DNA of 64,000 bases, taken from contig NC_086097.1 in NCBI RefSeq assembly GCF_963921235.1, forward strand, positions 92,444,001-92,508,000, read 5' to 3'. The notes below the pieces were generated by a model that was given only the letters and a program-made list of their open reading frames with translations, ran no database searches and was not told the DNA's origin. The position numbers and the translations under genes are program-made. Shown here in pieces: positions 11,201-24,200 of the stretch (position 1 is the stretch's first letter; each line of letters begins with the position of its first letter). The stretch is from Mobula hypostoma. Taxonomy: Eukaryota.

Positions 11201-14200
11201 CCCTGCTTGAGTCAAATCCTCCAGTCCCAGAATCAAACCCTCCAGTCCGAGTCAACTCCTCCAGTCCCAGAGTCAACTCCTCCAGTCCGAGTCAAATCAC
11301 CCAGCTTGAGTCAACTCCTTCAGTCAGAGTCAAATCCTCCAGTCCGAGAGTCAACTCCTCCAGTCAGAGTCAACTCCTCCAGTCCGAGAGTCAACTCCTC
11401 CAGTCCGAGTAAACTCCATCATTCTGAGTCAACTCCTCCAGACCCAGAGTCAACTCCTCCAGTCCGAGTCAACTTCTCCAGTCTGAGTCAACTCCTCCAG
11501 TCCGAGTCAACTCCTCCAGTCCCAGAGTCAACACCTCCAGACCCAGAGACAACTCCTCCAGTCCCAGAGTCAACTCCTCCAGTCCGAGTCAACTCCTCCA
11601 GTCCGAGTCAACTCCTCCAGTCCCAGAGTCAACACCTCCAGTCCGAGTCAACTCCTCCAGTCCGAGTCAACTCCTCCAGTCCCAGAGTCAACTCCTCCAG
11701 TCCGAGTCAACTCCTCCAGTCCCAGAGTCAACTCCTCCAGTCCGAGTCAACTCCTCCAGCCCCAGAGGCAACTCCTCCCATCCCAGGGTCAACTCCTCCA
11801 GTCCCAGAGTCAACTCCTCCAGTCCGAGTCAACTCCTCCATTCCGAGTCAACTCCTCCAGTCCCTGAGTCAACAGCTCCAGTCTGAGTCAACTCCTCCAG
11901 GCCCAGAGTCAACTCCTCCAGTCCGAGTCAACTCCTCCAGTCCCAGAGTCAACTCCTCCAGTCCGAGTCAACTCCTCCAGTCCCAGAGTCAACTCCTCCA
12001 GTCCGAGTCAACTCCTCCAGTTCAGAGTCAACTCCTCCAGTCCCAGAGTCAACTCCTCCAGTCCGAGTCAACTCCTCCAGTTCCAGTCAACTCCTCCAGT
12101 CCCAGAGTCAACCGCTCCATTCTGAGTCAACTCCTCCAGTACAAGTCAACTCCTTCAGTTCCAGTCAACTCCTCCAGTCCCAGAGTCAACTCCTCCAGTC
12201 CGAGTCAACTCCTCCAGTCCCAGAGTCAACTCCTCCAGTCCGAGTCAACTCCTCCAGTCCCAGAGTCAACTCCTCCAGTCCGAGTCAACTACTCCAGTTC
12301 CAGTCAACTCCTCCAGTCCGAGTCAACTCCTCCAGTCCCAGAGTCAACTCCTCCAGTCCGAGTCAACTCCTCCAGTTCCAGAGTCAACTCCTCCAGTCCC
12401 AGAGTCAACTCCTCCAGTCTGAGTCAACTCCTCCAGTCCCAGAGTCAACTCCTCCAGTCCCAGAGTCAACTCCTCCAGTCCGAGTCAACTCCTCCAGTCC
12501 GAGTCAACTCCTCCAGTCCGAGTGAACTCCTCCAGTCCCAGAGTCAACTCCTCCAGTTCCACTCAAACTCTCCAGTCCGAGTCAACTCCTCCAGTCCCAG
12601 CCCAGAGTCAACTCCTCCAGTCCGAGTCAACTCCTCCAGTCCCAGAGTCAACTCCTCCAGTCCGAGTCAACTCCTCCAGTCCCAGAGTCAACTCCTCGGG
12701 TCCCACAGTCAACTCCTCCAGTCTGAGTTAACTCCTCCATTCCGAGTCAACTCCTCCAGTCCGAGTCAACTCCTCCAGTCCCAGAGTCAACTCCTCCAGT
12801 CCCAGAGGCAACTCCTCCAGTCCCAGAGTCAACTCCTCCAGTCCGAGTCAACTCCTCCAGTCCCAGAGTCAACTCCTCCAGTCCCAGAGTCAACTCCTCC
12901 AGTCCCAGAGTCAACTCCTCCAGTCCCAGAGTCAACTCCTCCAGTCCGAGTCAACTCCTCCAGTCCCAGAGTCAACTCCTCCAGTCCCAGAGTGAACTCC
13001 TCCAGTTCCAGTCAACTCCTCCAGTCCCAGAGTCAACTCCTCCAGTCCGAGTCAACTCCTCCATTCCGAGTCAACTCCTCCAGCCCCAGAGTCAACTCCT
13101 CCAGTCCCAGAGTCAACTCCTCCAGTCCCAGAGTCAACTCCTCCAGTCCGAGTCAACTCCTCCAGTCCGAGTCAACTCCTCCAGTCCCAGAGTCAACTCC
13201 TCCAGTCCGAGTCAACTCCTCCAGTCCCAGAGTCAACTCCTCCAGTCCCAGAGTCAACTCCTCCAGCCCCAGAGGCAACTCCTCCAGTCCCAGAGTCAAC
13301 TCCTCCAGTCCGAGTCAACTCCTCCAGTCCCAGAGTCAACTCCTCCAGTCCGAGTCAACTCACCCTACCCGAGTCAACTCCTTCAGTCCGAGTCAACTCC
13401 TCCAGTCCAGAGTCAACTCCTCCAGTCCGAGTCAACTCCTCCAGTCTGAGTCAACTCCTCCAGTCCCAGAGTCAACTCCTCCAGTCCGAGTCAACTCACC
13501 CTGCTTGAGTCAAATCCTCCAGTCCCAGAATCAAACCCTCCAGTCCGAGTCAACTCCTCCAGTCCCAGAGTCAACTCCTCCAGTCCGAGTCAAATCACCC
13601 AGCTTGAGTCAACTCCTCCAGTCAGAGTCAAATCCTCCAGTCCGAGAGTCAACTCCTCCAGTCCGAGTCAACTCCTCCAGTCCAAGAGTCAACTCCTCCA
13701 GTCCGAGTAAACTCCATCATTCTGAGTCAACTCCTCCAGACCCAGAGTCAACTCCTCCAGTCCGAGTCAACTCCTCCAGTCCGAGTCAACTCCTCCAGTC
13801 CGAGTCAACTCCTCCAGTCCCAGAGTCAACTCCTCCAGTCCCAGAGTCAACTCCTCCAGTCCCAGAGTCAACTCCTCCAGTCCGAGTCAACTCCTCCAGT
13901 CCGAGTCAACTCCTCCAGTCCCAGAGTCAACTCCTCCAGTCCGAGTCAACTCCTCCAGTCCGAGTCAACTCCTCCAGTCCCAGAGGCAACTCCCCCTGTC
14001 AAAGTCAACTCCTCCAGTCCCAGAGTCAACTCCTCCAGTCCGAGTCAACTCCTCCAGCCCCAGAGGCAACTCCTCCCATCCCAGGGTCAACTCCTCCAGT
14101 CCCAGAGTCAACTCCTCCAGTCCGAGTCAACTCCTCCAGTCCGAGTCAACTCCTCCAGTCCCAGAGTCAACTCCTCCAGTCCGAGTCAACTCCTCCAGTC

Positions 14201-16368
14201 CCAGAGTCAACTCCTCCAGTCCGAGTCAACTACTCCAGTTCCAGTCAACTCCTCCAGTCCGAGTCAACTCCTCCAGTCCCAGAGTCAACTCCTCCAGTCC
14301 GAGTCAACTCCTCCAGTTCCAGAGTCAACTCCTCCAGTCCCAGAGTCAACTCCTCCAGTCCGAGTCAACTCCTCCAGTTCCAAGTCAACTCCTCCAGTCC
14401 CAGAGTCAACTCCTCCATTCTGAGTCAACTCCTCCAGTACAAGTCAACTCCTTCAGTTCCAGTCAACTCCTCCAGTCCCAGAGTGAACTCCTCCAGTTCC
14501 AGTCAACTCCTCCAGTCCCAGAGACAACTCCTCCAGTCCGAGTCAACTCCTCCAGTCCCAGAGTCAACTCCTCCAGTCCGAGTCAACTACTCCAGTTCCA
14601 GTCAACTCCTCCAGTCCGAGTCAACTCCTCCAGTCCCAGAGTCAACTCCTCCAGTCCGAGTCAACTCCTCCAGTTCCAGAGTCAACTCCTCCAGACCCAG
14701 AGTCAACTCCTCCAGTCTGAGTCAACTCCTCCAGTTCCAGTCAACTCCTCCAGTCCCAGAGTCAACTCCTCCAGTCCGAGTCAACTCCTCCAGTTCCAGT
14801 CAACTCCTCCATTCCGAGTGAACTCCTCCAGTCCCAGAGTCAACTCCTCCAGTTCCACTCAAACTCTCCAGTCCGAGTCAACTCCTCCAGTCCCACAGTC
14901 AACTCCTCCAGTCCCAGCCCAGAGTCAACTCCTCCAGTTCCAGTCAACTCCTCCAGTCCCAGAGACAACTCCTCCAGTCCGAGTCAACTCCTCCAGTCCC
15001 AGAGTCAACTCCTCCAGTCCCAGAATCAACACCTCCAGACCCAGAGACAACTCCTCCAGTCCCAGAGTCAACTCCTCCAGTCCGAGTCAACTCCTCCAGT
15101 CCCAGAGTCAACTCCTCCAGTCAGAGTCAACTCCTCCAGTCCGAGTCAACTCCTCCAGTCCCAGAGTCAACTCCTCCAGTCCGAGTCAACTCCTCCAGTC
15201 CCAGAGTCAACTCCTCCAGTCCGAGTCAACTCCTCCAGCCCCAGAGGCAACTCCTCCCGTCCCAGAGTCAACTCCTCCAGTCCCGGAGTCAACTCCTCCA
15301 GTCCCAGAGTCAACTCCTCCAGTCCGAGTCAACTCCTCCAGTCCCAGAGTCAACTCCTCCAGTCTGAGTCAACTCCTCCAGTCCCAGAGTCAACTCCTCC
15401 AGACCCAGAGACAACTCCTCCAGCCCCAGAGGCAACTCCTCCAGTCCCAGAGTCAACTCCTCCAGTCCGAGTCAACTCCTCCAGTCCCAGAGTCAACTCC
15501 TCCAGTCCGAGTCAACTCACCCTACCCGAGTCAACTCCTTCAGTCCGAGTCTACTCCTCCAGACCCAGAGTCAACTCCTCCAGTCCGAGACAACTCCTCC
15601 AATCCGAGTGAACTCCTCCAGTCTGAGTCAAATCCTCCAGTCCCAGAATCAACTCCTCCAGTCCGAGTCAACTCCTCCAGTCCCAGAGTCAACTCCTCCA
15701 GTCCGAGTCAACTCACCCTGCTTGAGTCAAATCCTCCAGTCCCAGAATCAAACCCTCCAGTCCGAGTCAACTCCTCCAGTCCCAGAGTCAACTCCTCCAG
15801 TCCGAGTCAACTCCTCCAGCTTGAGTCAACTCCTTCAGTCAGAGTCAAATCCTCCAGTCCGAGAGTCAACTCCTCCAGTCAGAGTCAATTCCTCCAGTCC
15901 GAGAGTCAACACCTCCAGTCCAAGTAAACTCCATCATTCTGAGTCAACTCCTCCAGACCCAGAGTCAACTCCTCCAGACCCAGAGTCAACTCCTCCAGTC
16001 CGAGTCAACTTCTCCAGTCTGAGTCAAATCCTCCAGTCCCAGAGTCAACTCCTCCAGTCCCAGAGTCAACTCCTCCAGACCCAGAGACAACTCCTCCAGT
16101 CCCAGAGTCAACACCTCCAGTCGAAGTCAACTCCTCCAGTCCGAGTCAACTCCTCCAGTCCCAGAGGCAACTCCTCCTGTCAAAGTCAACTCCTCCAGTC
16201 CCAGAGTCAACTACTCCAGTCCGAGTCAACTCCTCCAGCCCCAGAGGCAACTCCTCCCATCCCAGGGTCAACTCCTCCAGTCCCAGAGTCAACTCCTCCA
16301 GTCCGAGTCAACTCCTCCATTCCGAGTCAACTCCTCCAGTCCCTGAGTCAACTGCTCCAGTCTGAGTC
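8250..16368 (+). repeat. HOR family A, about 2.2-2.8 kb period, 3 full copies plus a partial fourth cut by the gap
   Basis: CACCCTACCC at 8302, 11065, 13361, 15518. CCCTGCTTGAGTCAAATCC...GAATCAAACCCTCC with TTG at 8484, 11207, 13505, 15722. CCCATCCCAGGGTC at 11777, 14075, 16256. AGTTCCACTCAAACTCTCC at 12555, 14851. Confidence 0.85.
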
Positions 16369-16568
16369 NNNNNNNNNNNNNNNNNNNNNNNNNNNNNNNN
16401 NNNNNNNNNNNNNNNNNNNNNNNNNNNNNNNNNNNNNNNNNNNNNNNNNNNNNNNNNNNNNNNNNNNNNNNNNNNNNNNNNNNNNNNNNNNNNNNNNNNN
16501 NNNNNNNNNNNNNNNNNNNNNNNNNNNNNNNNNNNNNNNNNNNNNNNNNNNNNNNNNNNNNNNNNNNN
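16369..16568. other. Assembly gap of exactly 200 N
   Basis: 200 consecutive N. The round number is typical of a fixed-size scaffolding placeholder, so the true gap size is unknown. Confidence 0.99.
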
Positions 16569-18264
16569 ACCCAGAGTCAACTCCTCCAGTCCGAGTCAAC
16601 TCCTTCAGTCCAAGAGTGAACTCCTCCAGCCCCAGAGTCAACTCCCACTGTCCGAGTCAACTCCTTCAGTCAGAGTCAAATCCTCCAGTCCCAGATTCAA
16701 TTCCTCCAGTCCGAGTCTACTCCTCAAGTCCCAGAGTCAACTCCTCCAGTCCGAGTCAACTCTTCAGCCCCAGCGGCAACTCCCCTTGTCCAAGTCAACT
16801 CCTCCAGTCCGAGTCAACTACTCCAGCCCCAGAGGCAACTCCTCCGGTCCCAGAGTCAACTCCTCCAGCAACAGAGGCAACTCCTCCGGTCCCAGAGTCA
16901 ACTCCTGCAGACCGAGTCAACTCCTACAGTCCAGAGTCAACTTCTCCAGACCGAGAGTCAACTCCTACAGTCCGAGTCAACTCCTTCAGTCCAAGAGTCA
17001 ACTCCTCCAGTCCCAGAGTCAACTCTTCCAGTCCGAGTCAAATCTTCCTGTCCCAGAGTCAACTCCTCCAGTCCGAGTCAAATCTTCCTGTCCCAGAGTC
17101 AACTCCTCCAGTCCCAGAGTCAACTCCTCCAGTCCCAGAGTCAACTCCTTCAGTCCGAGTCAACTCACGCTGCCCGAGTCAACTCACGCTGCCCGAGTCA
17201 ACTCCTTCTGTCCGATCAACTCCTCCAGTCCCAGAATCAACTCCTCCCGTCCGAGTCAACTCCTCCAGCCCCAGAGGAAACTCCTCCGGACCCAGAGTTA
17301 ACTCCTCCAGTCCGAGTCAACTCCTCCAGTCCAAGAGTCAACTCCTCCAGTCCGAGTCAACACCTCCAGTCCCAGAATCAACTCCTCCAGTCCGAGGCAA
17401 CTCCTCCTGTCCGAGTCAACTCCTCCAGTCCCAGAGGCAACTCCCCCTCTCAAAGTCAACTCCTCCAGTCCCAGAGTCAACTTCTCCAGTCCGAGTCAAC
17501 TCCTCCAGTCCCAGAGGCAACTCCCCCTGTCCAAGTCAACTCCTCCAGTCCCAGAATCAACTCCTCCAGTATGAGACAACTCCTCCAGCCCCAGAGGCAA
17601 CTCCTCCAGTCCCAGAGTCAACTCCTCCAGTATGAGTCAACTCCTCCAGCCCCAGAGGCAACTCCTCCGGTACCAGAGTGAACTCCTCCAGCCCCAGATG
17701 CAACTCCTCCGGTCCCAGTATGAACTCCTCCAGTCCGAGTCAACTCCTTCAGTCCAAGAGTCAACTCCTCCAGTCCCAGAGACAACTCCCACAATTCGAG
17801 TCAACTCCTTCAGTCAGATTCAAATCCTCCAGTCCCACAGTCAACTGCTCCAGTCCAAGTCAAATCCTCCAGTTCCATAGTAAACTCCTCCAGTCCGAGT
17901 CAACTCCTCCAGTCCCAGAGTCAACTCCTCCAGTCGAGAGTCAACTCCTCCAGTCCAGAGTCAACTCCCCCTTTCTGGGTCAACTCCTTCAGTCCGAGTC
18001 AACTCCTCCAGCTCCAGAGGCAACTCCTCCGGTCCCAGAGTCAACTGCTCCAGACTGAGTCAACTCCTCCTGTCCTAGTCAACTCCTACAGTCCGAGTCA
18101 ACTCACCCTGCCCGACTCAACTCCTCCAGCAACAGAGGCAACTCCTCCGGTCCCAGAGTCAACTCCTGCAGACCGAGTCAACTCCCACAGTCCGAGTCAA
18201 CTCCTCCAGTCCCAGAGTCAACTCCTTCAGTCCAAGTCAACTCACGCTTCCCGAGTCAACTCCT

Positions 18265-21200
18265 CCAGTCCGAGTCAACTCACGCTGCCCGAGTCAACTC
18301 CTTCTGTCCGATCAACTCCTCCAGTCCCAGAATCAACTCCCACTGTCCGAGTCAACTCCTTCAGTCCGAGACAAATCCTCCAGTCCCAGAGTCAACTCCT
18401 CCCGTCCGAGTCAACTCCTCCAGCCCCAGAGGAAACTCCTCCGGTCCCAGATTCAACTCCTCCAGTCCGAGTCAACTTCTCCACTTCCAGTCAACTCCTC
18501 CAGTCCGAGTCAACTCCTCCGGCCCCAGAGGAAACTCCTCCGGTCCCAGAGTCAACTCCTCCAGTCCGAGTCAACTTCTCCAGTCCGAGTCAAGTCCTCC
18601 AGTTCCAGAGTCAACTCCTTCAGACCCAGAGTCAACCCCTCCAGTCCGAGTCAACTCCTCCAGTCCCAGAGGCAACTCCCCCTGTCCAAGTCAACTCCTC
18701 CAGTCCCAGAGTCAACTCCTCCAGCCCCAGAGTCAACTCCTCCTGTCCGAGTCAACTCCTCCAGTCCGAGTCAACTCCTCCAGTCTGAGTCAACTCCTCC
18801 AAACCCAGAATCAACTCGTCCAGACCGAGTCAACTCCTCCAGTCCCAGAGTCAACTCCTGCTGTCCGAGTCAACTCCTCCAGTCTCAGAGGCAACTCCCC
18901 CTGTCCAAGTCAACTCCTCCAGTCCCAGAGTCAACTCCTCCTGTCCAAGTCAACTCCTCCATTCTGAGTCAACTCCTCCAGTCCGAGTCAACTCCTCCAG
19001 CCCCAGAGGCAACTCCTCCGGTCCCCGAGTCAAATCCTCCAGTACGAGTGAACTCCTCCAGTCTGAGTCAACTGCTCCAGTCCCAGAATCAACTCCTCCA
19101 GACCGAGTCAACTCCTCCAGTCCCAGAGTCAACTCCTCCAGTCCGAGTCAACTCACCCTGCCCGAGTCAACTCCTTCAGTCCGATCAACTCCTCCAGTCC
19201 CAGAGTCAACTCCTCCAGTCCGAGTAAACTCCTCCAGTCCAAGAGTCAACTCCTCCAGTCCGAGTCAACTCCTCCAGTCCCAGAATCAACTCCTCCAGTC
19301 CGAGTCAACTCCTCCTGTCCGCGTCAACTCCTCCAGTCCCAGAGGCAACTCCCCCTGTCCAAGTCAACTCCGCCAGTCCCAGAGTCAACTCCTCCAGTCC
19401 CAGAGTCATCTCCTCCAGCCCGAGAGGCAACTCCTCCGGTCCCAGAGTCAACTCCTCCAGTCCAGAGTCAACTCCTCCAGTCCAGAGTCAACTCCCCCTT
19501 TCTGAGTCAACTCCTTCAGTCCGAGTCAACTCCTCCAGCTCCAGAGGCAACTCCTCCGGTCCCAGAGTCAACTCCTCCAGACTGAGTCAACTCCTCCTGT
19601 CCGAGTCAACTCCTCCAGTCCGAGTCAACTCCTCCAGTCCGAGTCAACTCCATCATTCTGAGTCAATTCCTCCTGACCCAGAGTCAACTTCTGCAGTCCG
19701 AGTCAACTCCTCCAGTCCAGAGTCAACTTCTCCAGTCCGAGTCAAGTCCTCCAGTCCCAGAGTCAACTCCTCTAGACCCAGAGTAAACACCTCCAGTCCG
19801 AGTCAACTCATCCATTCCAAGAGTCATCTCCTCCAGTCCCAGAGTCAACTCCTCCAGTCCCAGAGTCAACTATTCCACCCCAAAGGCAACTCCTCAGGAC
19901 CCAGAGTCAACTCCTCCAGACCGAATCAACTCCTCCACCGAATCAACTCCTCCATTCCGAGTGAACTCCTCCAGTCCGAGTCAACTCCTCCAGCCCCAGA
20001 GGCAACTCCTCCAGCCCCAGAGGCAACTCCTCCGGTCCCAGAGTCAACTCCTCCAGTCCGAGTCAACTCCAAGAGTCGCAGAGTCAACTCCTCCAGCACG
20101 AGTCAACCCCTCCAGCCCCAGAGGCAACTCCTCCGGTCCCAGAGTAAACTCCTCCAGCCCCAGAGACAACTCCTCCAGTCCGAGTAAACGCCTTCAGTCC
20201 AAGAGTCAACTCCTCCAGTCCCAGAGTCAACTCCCACTGTCCGAGTCAACTCCCACTGTCCGAGTCAACTCCTTCAGTCAGAGTCAAATTCTCCAGTCCC
20301 AGAATCATCTCCTCCAGTCCGAGACAGCTACTCCCGTCCCAGAGTCAACTCCTCAAGTCTGAGTCAACTCCTCCAGTCCGAGTCAACTCCCCCAGTCCAA
20401 GAGTCAACAGCACCAGTCCAAGAGTCAACTCCACCAGTCCAAGAGTCAACTCCACCAGTCCAAGTCAACTCCTCCATTCCGAGTCAACTCCTCCAGTCCG
20501 AGTCAACTCCTTCAGTCCAAGAGACAACTCCTCCAGCCCCAGAGTCAACTCCCACTGTCCGAGTCAACTCCTCCAGTCCGAGTCAACTCCTCCAGTCCCA
20601 CAGTCAACTCCTCCAGTCCGAGTCTACTCCTCAAGTCCCAGAGTCAAACCTCCAGTCCGAGTCAACTCCTCCAGCCCCGAGCAACTCCCCTTGTCCAAGT
20701 CAACTCCTCCAGTCCGAGTCAACTACTCCAGCCCCAGAGGCAACTCCTCCGGTCCCAGAGTCAACTCCTCCAGTCCGAGTCAACTCACGCTGCCCGAGTC
20801 AACTCCTTCTGTCCGATCAACTCCTCCAGTCCCAGAATCAACTCCCACTGTCCGAGTCAACTCCTTCAGTCCGAGACAAATCCTCCAGTCCCAGAGTCAA
20901 CTCCTCCCGTCCGAGTCAACTCCTCCAGCCCCAGAGGAAACTCCTCCGGTCCCAGATTCAACTCCTCCAGTCCGAGTCAACTTCTCCACTTCCAGTCAAC
21001 TCCTCCAGTCCGAGTCAACTCCTCCGGCCCCAGAGGAAACTCCTCCGGTCCCAGAGTCAACTCCTCCAGTCCGAGTCAACTTCTCCAGTCCGAGTCAAGT
21101 CCTCCAGTTCCAGAGTCAACTCCTTCAGACCCAGAGTCAACCCCTCCAGTCCGAGTCAACTCCTCCAGTCCCAGAGGCAACTCCCCCTGTCCAAGTCAAC

Positions 21201-24200
21201 TCCTCCAGTCCCAGAGTCAACTCCTCCAGCCCCAGAGTCAACTCCTCCTGTCCGAGTCAACTCCTCCAGTCCGAGTCAACTCCTCCAGTCTGAGTCAACT
21301 CCTCCAAACCCAGAATCAACTCGTCCAGACCGAGTCAACTCCTCCAGTCCCAGAGTCAACTCCTCCAGTCCGAGTCAACTCCTCCAGTCCGAGTCAACTC
21401 CTCCAGTCCAAGAGTCAACTCCTCCAGTCCCAGAGTCAACTCCTCCATTCCGAGTCAACTCCTCCAGTCCGAGTCAACTCCTCCAGTCCAAGAGTCAACT
21501 CCTCCAGTCCGAGGGAACTCCTCTAGTCCCAGAATTAACTCCTCCAGTCCGAGGCAACTCCTGCTGTCCGAGTCAACTCCTCCAGTCTCAGAGGCAACTC
21601 CCCCTGTCCAAGTCAACTCCTCCAGTCCCAGAGTCAACTCCTCCTGTCCAAGTCAACTCCTCCATTCTGAGTCAACTCCTCCAGTCCGAGTAAACTCCTC
21701 CAGCCCCAGAGGCAACTCCTCCGGTCCCCGAGTCAAATCCTCCAGTACGAGTGAACTCCTCCAGTCTGAGTCAACTGCTCCAGTCCCAGAATCAACTCCT
21801 CCAGACCGAGTCAACTCCTCCAGTCCCAGAGTCAACTCCTCCAGTCCGAGTCAACTCACCCTGCCCGAGTCAACTCCTTCAGTCCGATCAACTCCTCCAG
21901 TCCCAGAGTCAACTCCTCCAGTCCGAGTAAACTCCTCCAGTCCAAGAGTCAACTCCTCCAGTCCGAGTCAACTCCTCCAGTCCCAGAATCAACTCCTCCA
22001 GTCCGAGTCAACTCCTCCTGTCCGCGTCAACTCCTCCAGTCCCAGAGGCAACTCCCCCTGTCCAAGTCAACTCCGCCAGTCCCAGAGTCAACTCCTCCAG
22101 TCCCAGAGTCATCTCCTCCAGCCCGAGAGGCAACTCCTCCGGTCCCAGAGTCAACTCCTCCAGTCCAGAGTCAACTCCTCCAGTCCAGAGTCAACTCCCC
22201 CTTTCTGAGTCAACTCCTTCAGTCCGAGTCAACTCCTCCAGCTCCAGAGGCAACTCCTCCGGTCCCAGAGTCAACTCCTCCAGACTGAGTCAACTCCTCC
22301 TGTCCGAGTCAACTCCTCCAGTCCGAGTCAACTCCTCCAGTCCGAGTCAACTCCATCATTCTGAGTCAATTCCTCCTGACCCAGAGTCAACTTCTGCAGT
22401 CCGAGTCAACTCCTCCAGTCCAGAGTCAACTTCTCCAGTCCGAGTCAAGTCCTCCAGTCCCAGAGTCAACTCCTCTAGACCCAGAGTAAACACCTCCAGT
22501 CCGAGTCAACTCATCCATTCCAAGAGTCATCTCCTCCAGTCCCAGAGTCAACTCCTCCAGTCCCAGAGTCAACTATTCCACCCCAAAGGCAACTCCTCAG
22601 GACCCAGAGTCAACTCCTCCAGACCGAATCAACTCCTCCATTCCGAGTGAACTCCTCCAGTCCGAGTCAACTCCTCCAGCCCCAGAGGCAACTCCTCCAG
22701 CCCCAGAGGCAACTCCTCCGGTCCCAGAGTCAACTCCTCCAGTCCGAGTCAACTCCAAGAGTCGCAGAGTCAACTCCTCCAGCACGAGTCAACCCCTCCA
22801 GCCCCAGAGGCAACTCCTCCGGTCCCAGAGTAAACTCCTCCAGCCCCAGAGACAACTCCTCCAGTCCGAGTAAACGCCTTCAGTCCAAGAGTCAACTCCT
22901 CCTCCTCCCACTGTCCGAGTCAACTCCCAGAGTCAACTCCCACTGTCCGAGTCAACTCCCACTGTCCGAGTCAACTCCTTCAGTCAGAGTCAAATTCTCC
23001 AGTCCCAGAATCATCTCCTCCAGTCCGAGACAGCTACTCCCGTCCCAGAGTCAACTCCTCAAGTCTGAGTCAACTCCTCCAGTCCGAGTCAACTCCCCCA
23101 GTCCAAGAGTCAACAGCACCAGTCCAAGAGTCAACTCCACCAGTCCAAGAGTCAACTCCACCAGTCCAAGTCAACTCCTCCATTCCGAGTCAACTCCTCC
23201 AGTCCGAGTCAACTCCTTCAGTCCAAGAGACAACTCCTCCAGCCCCAGAGTCAACTCCCACTGTCCGAGTCAACTCCTCCAGTCCGAGTCAACTCCTCCA
23301 GTCCCACATTCAACTCCTCCAGTCCGAGTCTACTCCTCAAGTCCCAGAGTCAACTCCTCCAGTCCGAGTCAGAGTCCCCGGCAACTCCCCTGTCCAGTCA
23401 ACTCCTCCAGTCCGAGTCAACTCCTCCAGCCCAGACAACTCCTCCGTCCGAGTCAACTCCTCCAGAGTCAACTCCTCCAGTCCGAGTCAACTCCCCAGTC
23501 CAGAGTCAACTCCCCAGTCCAAGTCAACTCCTCCAGTCCGAGTCAACTACTCCAGCCCCAGAGGCAACTCCTCCGGTCCCAGAGTCAACTCCTCCAGTCC
23601 GAGTCAACTCACGCTGCCCGAGTCAACTCCTTCTGTCCGATCAACTCCTCCAGTCCCAGAATCAACTCCCACTGTCCGAGTCAACTCCTTCAGTCCGAGA
23701 CAAATCCTCCAGTCCCAGAGTCAACTCCTCCCGTCCGAGTCAACTCCTCCAGCCCCAGAGGAAACTCCTCCGGTCCCAGATTCAACTCCTCCAGTCCGAG
23801 TCAACTTCTCCACTTCCAGTCAACTCCTCCAGTCCGAGTCAACTCCTCCAGCCCCAGAGGAAACTCCTCCGGTCCCAGAGTCAACTCCTCCAGTCAGAGT
23901 CAACTTCTCCAGTCCGAGTCAAGTCCTCCAGTTCCAGAGTCAACTCCTCCAGACCCAGAGTCAACTCCTCCAGTCCGAGTCAACTCCTCCAGTCCCAGAG
24001 TCAACTCCCCCAGTCCAAGTCAACTCCTCCAGTCCCAGAGTCAACTCCTCCAGCCCCAGAGTCAACTCCTCCAGTCCGAGTCAACTCCTCCAGTCCGAGT
24101 CAACTCCTCCAGTCTGAGTCAACTCCTCCAAACCCAGAGTCAACTCGTCCAGCCCCGAGTCAACTCCTCCGTCCGAGTCAACTCCTCCAGTCCGAGTCAA

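Larger units (their letters stand above)
1..16368 (+). repeat. Tandem satellite array, 19/21-bp monomer GAGTCAACTCCTCCAGTCC(CA), left contig
   Basis: Continuous head-to-tail copies from base 1 to the gap, e.g. the run of 19-mers at about 2183-2280 and 21-mers at about 2600-2685. No unique sequence; single orientation. Confidence 0.99.

Noticed and set aside
15608..17635. ORFs spanning the N run
   Set aside because: They are artefacts of translating through the assembly gap.
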